NCBI GenBank assembly: GCA_964291215.2
Contig: OZ219790.1
Span: 1,472,001 to 1,536,000 of the forward strand
Direction: 5' to 3'
Source of the DNA: Alphaproteobacteria bacterium
GTDB taxonomy: Bacteria; Pseudomonadota; Alphaproteobacteria; MPNO01; UBA830
Length of the DNA: 64,000 bases
Part shown: positions 44,159 to 53,707 of the stretch, in pieces
How the letters are laid out: every line of letters starts with the position of its first letter
How positions within the stretch are numbered: position 1 is the stretch's first letter
Made by a program: the position numbers and the translations under genes
The notes under the pieces: model-generated
The model's database searches: none
Seen by the model: only the letters and a program-made list of their open reading frames with translations
What the model was told of the DNA's origin: nothing

Positions 44159-45406
44159 TCATGTTGCAGTAAGCGCCTTCGCCGCCGGCATCACAAGCAG
44201 CAATTCGGTCTCATCGATCATGGTGTACTCGGGAAGGCGACCGGAAAGCTTCTCGCATTCGTCCCTGATAATAGGCACTCCGTCCCCGCGACGGTCCATC
44301 AGGCGCGAGCGTCCGATATTCGCTGGGGCCTGGCACTGCGCCAACAGGGACACAATAAGTTCATTCCTGCTGGACTGCCGGAGATGCATCGAGTCCGGGG
44401 CAAGCGTATTGGGCAGCGCCCCAGGGACATAGAGTTCGATGCGATCACCGAACATGTGCAATCGCACGCGCGCGCCTGCCAACGAGTAATCCCGGTGTGC
44501 GACCGCGTTCACCAGCGCTTCGAATGCAGCTCTCTCGCTGAACTGCGGTTGTTCGGTCCGCGCGGTTGATTTTGTCGCACGGACAAGCATGTTCCGTTGC
44601 ACGAAATGCAACACTTCCGTGACCTGTTCGTCGAGCGGCCCGCCAATGTCGCGCGTGTCCGTCTGATAATCGATGTCGGTGCGCTCCCCCGTGTAGCTGA
44701 CTGCCTGTATGTACGCATGTGGGAGCCATCTTTGAGGTTCGCGCGTGCACAAGAGAACCCCAGCCAGCGTAAGCCGCGAAACGCCTTGACCATCATCTGC
44801 AACCACGCGAAGCTTGCGTGCTAGCTCCTCGTCGACGCCTTCATCCACCAGCCCTTGCCGCAGGAAACGACGCGTCAGCGCGTAATCCAGATCGCTTGGT
44901 CTCGTACCGGGTACCACTGACTCATCGAAACGGATGATCCGGCTCTGGCTTCGTTGCTCAAACAGGCGCGCCAGAATTCCCGGAGCCATTTCACGCTTCG
45001 AACTACCCAAGCGACGAAAGTAGCCGCCAGGGCTTCGATGCACGAAGAGACTGCGTGAAATTTCGATGCAAATGACGGGAACATCCCTGTCGGACGTATC
45101 TGGCAAGCTCAGCTTGCAAATGTGAGCATCCAGCGCTGGCTCGACGGAATCGTTGCAGATCTCGCGAACCCAGCCTTCCACTGCGTCGAGGCTGTCGAGC
45201 GGTATGCCCATCACCGTTCGCGTCTTATCATCCACCCCAAGAACTACCGTGCCGCCCTTTGCGTTGGCGAAGGCTGCCAGCTCATCCGCGAAATCGTCTC
45301 GGCTCGGCGCCGCCACGCGACCTCCGGCCATCTCGATTCTCTTGAGTTCCAAGACCGAGTCCTCGCCGAGCCGAATACGCTTGACCAAGTCTTCAAACTG
45401 GTTCAC
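44159..45406 (-). CDS. Schlafen/AlbA_2 domain plus HATPase_c_4 (RecG-C-like) ATP-binding protein
   Basis: GEDSVLELK, ELAAFANAKGGTVVLGVDD; EALVNAVAHRDYS, DRIELYVPGALP, RN, MDRRGDG; no C-terminal wHTH. Confidence 0.85.
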   Translation of the reverse strand: MNQFEDLVKRIRLGEDSVLELKRIEMAGGRVAAPSRDDFADELAAFANAKGGTVVLGVDDKTRTVMGIPLDSLDAVEGWVREICNDSVEPALDAHICKLSLPDTSDRDVPVICIEISRSLFVHRSPGGYFRRLGSSKREMAPGILARLFEQRSQSRIIRFDESVVPGTRPSDLDYALTRRFLRQGLVDEGVDEELARKLRVVADDGQGVSRLTLAGVLLCTREPQRWLPHAYIQAVSYTGERTDIDYQTDTRDIGGPLDEQVTEVLHFVQRNMLVRATKSTARTEQPQFSERAAFEALVNAVAHRDYSLAGARVRLHMFGDRIELYVPGALPNTLAPDSMHLRQSSRNELIVSLLAQCQAPANIGRSRLMDRRGDGVPIIRDECEKLSGRLPEYTMIDETELLLVMPAAKALTAT

Positions 45407-46013
45407 GTTCGTGGTCTTTCGTCCAAGATTTTATGCGCCCGCTTTCGGCGTGCGACCATCCGCGAAGTTGCTACAACCTTATACCACAAGGTAGTTGAGA
45501 GTGCCGGCCGTCGCTTGTCCTTTCGGGGGCAGAACAGAGACCGCAGCCTCCTTCAGAAAATCCAAAAACGGCAGTTGCCTCGGGCATCGTAGGCAAAGAG
45601 GTTCCATGACCAAGTTGCCGACCGCATTGCCGATCCGTCCACGACAAGCACACCAGTTTGGAAGAAATTGGCAAAAGCGGATACATGAACAACCCCTCAT
45701 TCTCTTTTCTGGCGCCGTATCTACTCGCCCCTACTGATCACGAATCGTTTTTCCTGACGACGTTCGGATCAGGCATCTTCTCTTGCCACCTTCACTCGCT
45801 CGCTGCCGATGACCTATGCGGGCTCCGATTGGCAGGAACCGATCCGGTCTTCAGCCTCAGAGCTCCCTTTGCGGCCCGTAGGGACGGATCTGAAACGCGA
45901 TCTGCCAACCCCCGCGCCGACATCGCGTGTCGATCGTGCTGGCCGGTGGTGCATGTTCCGTTGGCTGCCTTTCCATTCCGCCGGAAATTTCCGTTTGACA
46001 CTATAGGAGGAAC

Positions 46014-46028
46014 GTATCTGCTCACCCC
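46014..46028 (+). repeat. Isolated IS66-type terminal inverted repeat
   Basis: GTATCTGCTCACCCC; 14/15 identical to both IS66 TIR variants at 56457 and 59823. Confidence 0.55.
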
Positions 46029-46030
46029 TC

Positions 46031-47143
46031 GATTACGCAACCTGATGTCTGGAAATTGTCGTGAAGCTGATCGAGCTGTTCCCATTTGATCTTGGTTTCG
46101 GTTTCCCATTTTTCGTCGATGAGGACTGCGGTTGAGAGGCGCTCCAACGAGGCGAGGTTCGGAAAGACCCTGACTTTGGAGGTGCGCCGCTTGAGTTCTT
46201 GCTGGATCGGTCGCTCGATGCCGTTCGAGGTTCACATACGTTTGCGGTGAGCATCGGGCAAGGTGAAGACATCGAGCCCCGCATTGTTTTCCAGCCAGGA
46301 AACCTGGACGCTTGTCGCGATAGCTGGCCACGAGGGCGCCCGGTTCAGCCTCGGCGGTTTGGAGTGAGGACGCATGGCTCCGAGCTGTTTTCCGATACGT
46401 TTCCTGATGTCGTTGTTCGGTGCACGGCGTTTTGTGCCAGGTGGAATTGGCAGCGCTGGCACCGCGCCGCTTTCAGCCCGGCATCCGAGACGATGAAGGT
46501 CGTACCATGCAGGCCACGGGCTTGCAAGCTTTCCAGGAAGGCCCTCCAATGGACCTCGGCCTCGGAGAGCGCCACAGAGAGCCCCGGAACGCGCCTGCAG
46601 CCCCTGTTCCGATGGCCGAGAGCACTGCAACATCGCGCACAACGCCGTCATGGCGGGCTTTTCCATAACGCGCATCCAGGTATTTCATCAGGGGCCGGTT
46701 GCGCGGCGAGTTCTTCGTCGAGCAACCTGGTGGCCCCCTGAGAAGAGGACAGGCTCCCGAACTCGCGCATTACATCCTGCCGTGTGGAAACACCCTTGAT
46801 GTACATCTCGGCTACGGCGCGAGAAGATCGCTGGCCGCGTTCAAGCGACTGGGGGGTCGTCCCCGTGACCGGCCGTCTTTGGCACCTGAACGGCAACAGC
46901 GGGGGTGTCGATCCGCTTGTAGCCGTTGGCATAGCCCTGTCGCTCCGGTGTCCGGTGGCCCGCTTTCAAGTACTGCTCGCGCTCGATTTGCATCGCAAGC
47001 TCGAAGAGCTGGCCAAAGACCCGCCCCGGATCCGTTGCTCCGTTTGCCACGGCGATCCCACGCCAGGTTTGTTGGAAGGGTCGGTTTCGCTTGTTCAGGA
47101 TGATTCGTATTTTCGCTGGCTTTTTGTGAAGCGGCGTAGTATC
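46031..47143 (-). mobile_element. Degenerate IS256-family element
   Basis: Fragments AEMYIKGVSTR, LDARY, SEAEVHWRAFLESLQARGL, QRCQFH, ELKRRT..VRVFP; many frameshifts; 5' end approximate. Confidence 0.85.
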
Positions 47144-48341
47144 CGTTGTCGTGGGGGCAGCGGATTTTTTTGAGACGACTCCGGAGGGTTTTGAGCTCCG
47201 GGATGTGGTTGTGCGCCTTGCGCGGCCTGATGTCGCTGGAATCGTGTCGTTGACCGTATCTTGGTTTCAAGCAGTTTGCCGGTCGAGGTCTGCGCTACGT
47301 GTTCACCTGGCGCGGGCGGTGGATTGGTGCTGCGGGCTGGCAGACGGGCGCCCTCAGCTGCGCACCCGTTGGCTGGCGCCGCGAGGAACAGTTCAGGCGG
47401 TTGCCGGGAACAACACGAGGTTTGTTGTTTTTGGTGGTCGTTTCCGGGCCTTGCCTCGTTTGCGTTGTCGCGGATGGTGCGGCGGCGACCGGGAGGCTGC
47501 GTACGGCCATCCGTTGCTTGTTGCGGAGAAGTTTGTCTTGCCGACGAAGTTCAGCGGCACCATGTACAAGGCGGCGAACCGGGAGTGCGTTGGCGGGAGC
47601 CATGAGCGCGCCAGCGGGCGCCGACCGGGGAGGCGAAGGATCCTTACGTGTTTCCGCTGCGTTGTGACGCGGGATCGTTCGCCGCTTCCTGCGGCGTGGG
47701 AGTTGCGGGCGCCGCTGGTCGCGCAGGAGTTGCGCTCGATTTATCAGCGGCGCTTTCCGGCGCGGGGCACCGCATCGCCTCGGCACTGCGCGTGATGGCG
47801 CGGCTTGCGAACCGGCGCGGCGGCGCACTACGACGCAGAAGGAGCTGGAGCAGCGTGGAAGAACAGGGACAAGCCGGCCTCCACCGTGCACCGGGTGCTG
47901 CAGAACACCGACCCGGGATGGATCGAGGATGCGGCGCGCAGCCGCAGGTCGGCAACGCGGTCGACGGCAAGCGCGGCCGCACCGGCGAGGATCATTACGA
48001 GACGGTCTCGCTGGCCGGTATTCGATCCTCAACTGTCACGGCGGGGAGATCGCTGCCGTCCACGCCGCGCCGGCCGTCTGCTCACCCTCGATGCGCTCCA
48101 CACCACCCGCGAGGCTGACCATCGAGACCCATCGCGCGGACTGATGGTCAAGGGCAACGCACCTTCGAGAGAGCATCAACTGGAAGACCGCCAGCGCTAC
48201 AACGAAAAGCCCGCGCATGGCCGCCAGCGCACCATCTTCACCCCGCTGGCGAAGATGATCAACTATGTCAGGCAGATCTTCCGCGTCACCCGGCGCGTCG
48301 AATTCAGGAAATCCGGAAAACGCCATGACCTTATATGACCC

Positions 48342-49529
48342 CCGTTCCATAGTGAAGTGCAACACATGATGGGCTGTGGCCATGTGTTTTTAGACGCATG
48401 ATGTTGCGGAGCTGTCCAGCAGCGGCGAAAGTTCCTGTACAAGATGGAGGGAGCTTGTTCATGTCCAAAGGCTACCGTCACCTACGAAGAGCGATGCCAG
48501 ATTGAGGCAGAAAAGCGGTCTTTCACAAGGTGCGATTGCTCGGCAGCTGGGCCGATCAACAATTTTCCGGGAGATCAAGCGCAACACCGGGGGACGGGGT
48601 TACCGTCACAAGCAGGCGCAAAGGATGGCAGAAACGCAGGGCCGCCTCGTCTGTTTCTTGGCGGTTGACGCCTCGGGCTGAAGCTCAGAAAAAGCTGCGG
48701 GAGGGCCCCGAGCAGATCAGCGGCCGTTTTCGACTGGAAGGCCGTGGGTCGGCAACGGATCCATGATCGCCGAAGATCGGAGAGCCGGGGGCGTCCTGTG
48801 GAAGAAGCTTCGGCGGCGCGGCAAGAAGCCGAACTGGAAGGGCGGATGCCATTCCGGCCGGGTGGACATTTCCGAGCGCCCTGCGGAGGCAAAGGAACGG
48901 ATCGGCGACTGGGAGCCATCATCGGCAAAGCTCACAGTGGAGCTGTCGTGTCGCTCGTGCCACGAAATACACCTTGCTGGGTGGACAGAAAGACACGGTC
49001 GGTATGAGCCGCCTGCTCGGCTCTGGTGCGCTATTGGTCCACACAATCACAACGGCAAGGAGTTCGCAGACCACAGGCGTGTCGCACTTGACGCAGACTT
49101 CTTCTTCGCCTTTCCATTCTTGGGAGCGCGGCTTGAATGAGCACACCAACGGCCTGGTGCGGGAGTACTTCCCGAAGGGCACGGACTTTCGCGCGACATG
49201 CAACGAAGATGTTCAGAAGGTGCGGCTCAACATTCGGAAAGTCCTGGGATCACCGACGGAGGTAATCTTGAAGTGAAACCGCCCTGACCATCTGCGCCAT
49301 GTTCCGAAGCCGCAACGTGCAGCAGGGTCCATGCCGCGCGACGGCGAAATAGTGGCTTGAAGCCGACAAAGGCGTTGCATAAGCTTGATGTTGAAGGAAC
49401 TGAAGCTGTTCCTAGGCGGAATCGAGAGGGGCAGAGGGGAAAAATTTGCGCAACACCCGGCCCTCATCTCCGTTCGGGCTACGCCCTCACTGCGATGAGG
49501 GCCGGGTGTTGCACTTCAGACTGGAAGTA
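48342..49529 (+). mobile_element. Degenerate IS30-family element
   Basis: TIRs TTCCAtagTGAAGTGCAACAC / TTCCAgtcTGAAGTGCAACAC; fragments TYEERCQI, REIKRN, PEQISGR, RIGDWE, NGKEFA, SWERGLNEHTNGLVREYFPKG; exact ends approximate. Confidence 0.85.
49450..49512. repeat. 19-bp perfect inverted repeat (hairpin) abutting the IS30 right TIR
   Basis: GCAACACCCGGCCCTCATC ... GATGAGGGCCGGGTGTTGC. Confidence 0.85.
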
Positions 49530-49795
49530 AGGTGACTAGGTTTTATCCCCTTGATGATGAAATCATCCACAGCAGTTGGGGGCGGGAAAATGTGGACAAC
49601 CCCGACTGTGGGAGAGCGTCCGGTCCATGGTTGCAGAGAGATTCCGCTCCCCTGAGCGAACACGCACAGGGGAGCAAACGATCTCCGCGGAGGTTGCCGT
49701 TTCGACCTTGACAGGGCCGTGTCCGAGTGTGGTCGGCCAACCTCCCTTGACGTCCCTCGCTGGATGCTTGAACCCGTATCATCACAAGGCGAGGA
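49530..49795 (+). ncRNA. Candidate IS110 bridge-RNA region
   Basis: Several stems; TGTGGAC (49591) and GCGTCC (49616) match the two strands of the reconstructed donor junction TTGTGG-AC-GCC. Confidence 0.45.
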
Positions 49796-51360
49796 GCAAT
49801 GGTCAAGGTAGTAGCAGGAGTCAGCCAGTCTGGACATCTGGCGCATTGTTTTGCGAACGACGCCACGGGCTGGCGGGCAGGTGGCCTCGGGGTGAGCCGG
49901 GTGGTGGGCGACAGGCCGCTATCACCGCAAGGTTCACCAGTGTCTTCATGACCGGGGCTTCGAGGTTGTTCTCGTCAACCCGTTGCGGGCGCTTCGCCGA
50001 GGCGCCAACCGCGTCGACGCCAGGATCGGCACGGTGAGCCTGTGGCTCCTCAAGAGCCTAGAGGATCTCCTGGTGGCGCGCTTGTCGACGCCAGGCAGGT
50101 GAGGTGGATGACGAGACCGTCACAAGGGCCTCGGCGGCCGATCTCGATGATCGCCGGTGATCCCGAGCAGAGGTACGCCATCCTGACCTCGATCCGGTGA
50201 CCGCCGCGGCCCTTCCGGATGCCCGAACTCGGCAGCCTTGATCGGGGTGGCGCCGATGGCCACGGTGCCCGGCACATCCGTGGCGGGCAGGCCACGAGAT
50301 CTCCTGGCCGCAAGCTTCAACGCGGACCTGGTGCGCCTCAAGACCGCCGGCAAGCAAGGTCGCGATTGTCGCCGTGATGCGCAAGCTCTGGCGAACACCT
50401 TGCTGCGACAGCAGCGTTGCTTGTCGACCGAAGCACCGGTGAGTGAGCGAAGGAGACACGGCCCTGCCGAGAGCGCGACCGGGACTGTATCGACAGTCTC
50501 CCTACTACGACACGACTTGGGGAGAATGTCTGCAGATCATCGTCGAGGCCGACATCGAGGAGATCGAACCGCCTTGGGACACCTGGAACCCGGACGGTCA
50601 CGTGCCCGGGGACGGCAAGGTAGCCGCGTTCACGTGACCAATGGACGGCAACCCGCCGCCGGGACCACAAGCTTCATGCCGCCTCGCTCGCAGAGCAAAT
50701 CCCACACCGCTTGTGGACAACCACAGAAAACATCACCACAGACACCCGCAAAAACCTTGCCAGGAAACATGGATGCTCGGTCGAGCGCGCCTCGCCGCAA
50801 CAGTTGCTCGCATGGGATCGCGGACACTGGGTAGTCGAGAGCCATCATCATGTCCGCGACGCCACCTTCCGCGAAGACGACTCCATGCTCCGAACGCGCC
50901 CGCAAACAACGCGATCACCCTCGCAATCATCATCCACAACAAGCGCAGGCTGCGCAAACCCTTCAACAGCTTCCCACCATGCCGACAAGCGCAAGCAGGT
51001 CCTGCACGCAATCACAAGACCAGGCTGACCGCGCCTCTCTCCCCGACAGAAACCGCAAGCTTTCGAGCCCGGCAACCAAGGCCTCTCGCTCGCCCCGGAT
51101 ACGCCGACCAATCGCGCCCCGCGCCGCAACAGCGCGTCAGCAATCTCAAAATCGCAGCCTCGAACGCGTCGACCCGCGCCGCGATCAGGACTCCGATCAC
51201 GTCACATCAACAAGCATGGGATCACCTTGGTCCTGTCCGCGGGTCCGTTGCGTCTCCCCGGCACAGGAGATACGCTTTCCGGGAACGTTTCCGCCCGGGC
51301 CGCGAAGCGGACGGCGGGGACGGACGCCTGGCCGCGAAACGCGCCCGTGAGAGGAGCAGC

Positions 51361-52047
51361 ATGGTAGACGCCTTCGAGGACCATTGCTGGAAGGACATCG
51401 TTTCCGACGAGATCCTGAAAATCTACGAGCCCTACCGGCACGAGACCGCGGTCGGGGCGCGCCCGGCGCTGCTGGCGATCGATCTCTACAACCTGGTCTA
51501 TCAGGGCGGCGCCCGGGAACCGCACGACCTGGTCGGGACCTGGCCGAGCTCGTGCGGGCGCTACGCCTGGGAGGCGATGGAGCCGACGAAGCGGCTGTTC
51601 GCCGCCGCCCGCGCCGCCGGCCTGACGGTGCTCCACACCACGGCGCCAGCGTCGTCGCGCGTGGCCGCCACCAACCGCCAGGTCGGACTCGGCAGCAGCG
51701 ACGAGGATTACGGCATCTTTCACGAGTTCGCGCCCGAGGACGGCGATGTGCTCATCGTCAAGGAGCGGGCGAGCGGGTTCTACGGCACACCGCTTCTGCC
51801 CGAGCTTGCCCGGCGCGGCATCTTGAGCCTCATCGTCTGCGGCACCAGCACCTCGGGATGCGTGCGCGCATCGGTGGTCGACGCCTATTCGGCCGGCTTC
51901 CATGTTGCCATTGCCGAGGAATGCGTCTTCGACAGGTCGCCACTGTCGCACAAGGTCAACCTGTTCGACATGCACCGCAAATACGCCGACATGCTGCATA
52001 TCGACGAGATCCTGGAGCATCTCCTGGCGTCGAGACTTGCCGCGTGA
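51361..52047 (+). CDS. Isochorismatase/cysteine hydrolase family protein
   Basis: ALLAIDL, KERASGFYGT, GTSTSGCVRASVVDA; ATG after GAGGAG. Confidence 0.9.
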   Translation: MVDAFEDHCWKDIVSDEILKIYEPYRHETAVGARPALLAIDLYNLVYQGGAREPHDLVGTWPSSCGRYAWEAMEPTKRLFAAARAAGLTVLHTTAPASSRVAATNRQVGLGSSDEDYGIFHEFAPEDGDVLIVKERASGFYGTPLLPELARRGILSLIVCGTSTSGCVRASVVDAYSAGFHVAIAEECVFDRSPLSHKVNLFDMHRKYADMLHIDEILEHLLASRLAA

Positions 52048-52137
52048 ACCGGACGCGGTGCCGCGCCCGCGAATGCCGGGCCGCCGCCGGCTCGGCGCCC
52101 GGACCGCTCCCGGCTCCGGATGGGAGGTGAGCGGCCG

Positions 52138-53628
52138 ATGACCCCGGCTTCCGGCGAGGAGCTCCTGTCCGTCGACGAGATGTACGCGGCCGACCGCCTG
52201 GCCGTCGAGGGCGGCGTTGCCGAGATCGAGCTCATGGAGGCGGCGGGCGGCACCGTCGCCCGCGAAGTCACCCGGAGATGGGCGAAGCGCCCCGTCTCCG
52301 TCCTCTGCGGTCCCGGCAACAACGGCGGCGACGGCTTCGTGACCGCGCGGCTCCTCGCCGCGGCGGGCTGGCCGGTCACGGTCGGGATGCTCGGCGCGCC
52401 CGACGCGCTGTCCGGGGCTGCCGCGGTCAATGCCAGGCGCTGGCAGGGCGATGTCCATCCACTCTCGACAGAGATTCTCGGTGGAGCCGGGCTCGTCATC
52501 GACGCCATCTTCGGCGCCGGCCTCGCGCGTCCACTTGCAGGCCTCGCGCTCGAGATCGTGCGCGCCCTCGACGGGCTCGGGGTTCCCTGCGTCGCCGTCG
52601 ATGTCCCGAGCGGCGTCGACGGCGACAGCGGCCTGGTCCTCGGCGCCGCGCCGCGCGCCGACGTGACCGTAACCTTCTTCCGCCGCAAGCCCGGCCACCT
52701 GCTGCTTCCGGGCCGGATGCATGCCGGAGAGACCGTGGTCGCGGACATCGGCATCCCCGAAGCCGTGCTCGACGAGATCCGGCCCCTGACCTCCGCCAAC
52801 CGCCCGGGGCTCTGGCAGGCGGCGTTCCGCTGGCCGCATTTCGCGGACCACAAATACACCCGGGGCCACGCGCTGATCGTCGGCGGGGCGGCGATGACGG
52901 GCGCGGCGCGCCTCGCGGCGCGCGCCGCGAGGCGCGTCGGCACCGGCCTGGTGACCGTGGCCGGAAGTCCGGACTGCCTGAACGCCTGCAGCGCGGACGC
53001 GCCGGGCCTGCTGACGCTGCCGTTCACCACCGCCGAGGAGTTCGACGGCATCCTCGAGGACGAGAGGAAGAATGCCGTTCTCGTCGGGCCCGGCAGTGGC
53101 GTCAACCGGACGATCCACGACGTGACGCTGGCCGCTGCCGTCCGCGGGCGGCGCCTCGTCGTTGACGCCGACGCGCTCACGGTCTTCGAGGCGGAACCAC
53201 GGGAACTGTTCGCTGCGGTCAGGGACCTCCCCTGCGTGCTGACGCCGCATGGCGGCGAGTTCTCGCGGCTGTTCCGGATCCGCGGCGACAAGCTCGCCCG
53301 CGCGCGGCGCGCGGCCGAGATCTCGGGCGCGGTCGTGCTGCTGAAGGGCGCCGATACCGTGATCGCCGCGCCCGACGGGCGCGCCGCGATCAACGACAAC
53401 GCGCCGCCGGAGCTGGCGACGGCGGGAAGCGGCGACGTTCTCGCCGGCCTCGTGGCCGGCCTCATGGCCCAGGACATGCCGCCGTTCGAGGCCGCCTGCG
53501 CCGGCGCATGGCTACACGGCGCCGCGGCGCGGGAGTTCGGCCCGGGGCTGATAGCGGAGGACATCTGCGATACCCTTCCGCAGGTGCTGACGGCGCTGCG
53601 GCGCAACACGGCCCATGGCGGCAGATGA
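52138..53628 (+). CDS. nnr: Bifunctional NAD(P)H-hydrate epimerase/dehydratase
   Basis: CGPGNNGGDG, DAIFGAG, VDVPSG, HKYTRG, VDADAL, LTPHGGEF, LATAGSGDVLAG. Confidence 0.95.
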   Translation: MTPASGEELLSVDEMYAADRLAVEGGVAEIELMEAAGGTVAREVTRRWAKRPVSVLCGPGNNGGDGFVTARLLAAAGWPVTVGMLGAPDALSGAAAVNARRWQGDVHPLSTEILGGAGLVIDAIFGAGLARPLAGLALEIVRALDGLGVPCVAVDVPSGVDGDSGLVLGAAPRADVTVTFFRRKPGHLLLPGRMHAGETVVADIGIPEAVLDEIRPLTSANRPGLWQAAFRWPHFADHKYTRGHALIVGGAAMTGAARLAARAARRVGTGLVTVAGSPDCLNACSADAPGLLTLPFTTAEEFDGILEDERKNAVLVGPGSGVNRTIHDVTLAAAVRGRRLVVDADALTVFEAEPRELFAAVRDLPCVLTPHGGEFSRLFRIRGDKLARARRAAEISGAVVLLKGADTVIAAPDGRAAINDNAPPELATAGSGDVLAGLVAGLMAQDMPPFEAACAGAWLHGAAAREFGPGLIAEDICDTLPQVLTALRRNTAHGGR

Positions 53629-53707
53629 CGGTGTGCGGCGCGTAACGCCGGCGGCGCACTGGCCGCCGGACGGCGGGGCACGGAAAACCACGGGGAGTGA
53701 CATCCGG

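Larger units (their letters stand above)
48320..50718 (+). mobile_element. Degenerate IS110-family element (AC core at both junctions), left end interrupted by IS30
   Basis: Transposase remnant 49799-~50445 (FANDATG, LIGVAPM, RHIRGGR, AIVAVMRKL); structured non-coding left end; no TIR/TSD, AC at 48320-21 and 50717-18. Confidence 0.65.
47151..51229 (+). mobile_element. Degenerate ISAs1-family element with DUF4338-like N-terminus, split by an IS110 insertion
   Basis: GNNTRF, YGHPLLVAE.FV...FSGTMYKAAN (DUF4338); AVDGK, TLDALHT, VKGN, HGR, RVTRR...RKSGK at 48320 resuming TTEN...RGHWVVE.HHVRD.TFRED at 50717; end CATGGGATCACCTTG resembles an ISAs1 IR; left end not found. Confidence 0.72.

Noticed and set aside
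45410-46010. Short ORFs upstream of the Schlafen gene
   Set aside because: No motifs or convincing starts; treated as non-coding or unrecognisable remnant.
41567-47600. Druantia defence system (DruA-like domains)
   Set aside because: No DruE helicase or other dru genes; the domains sit within IS elements and are frameshifted.
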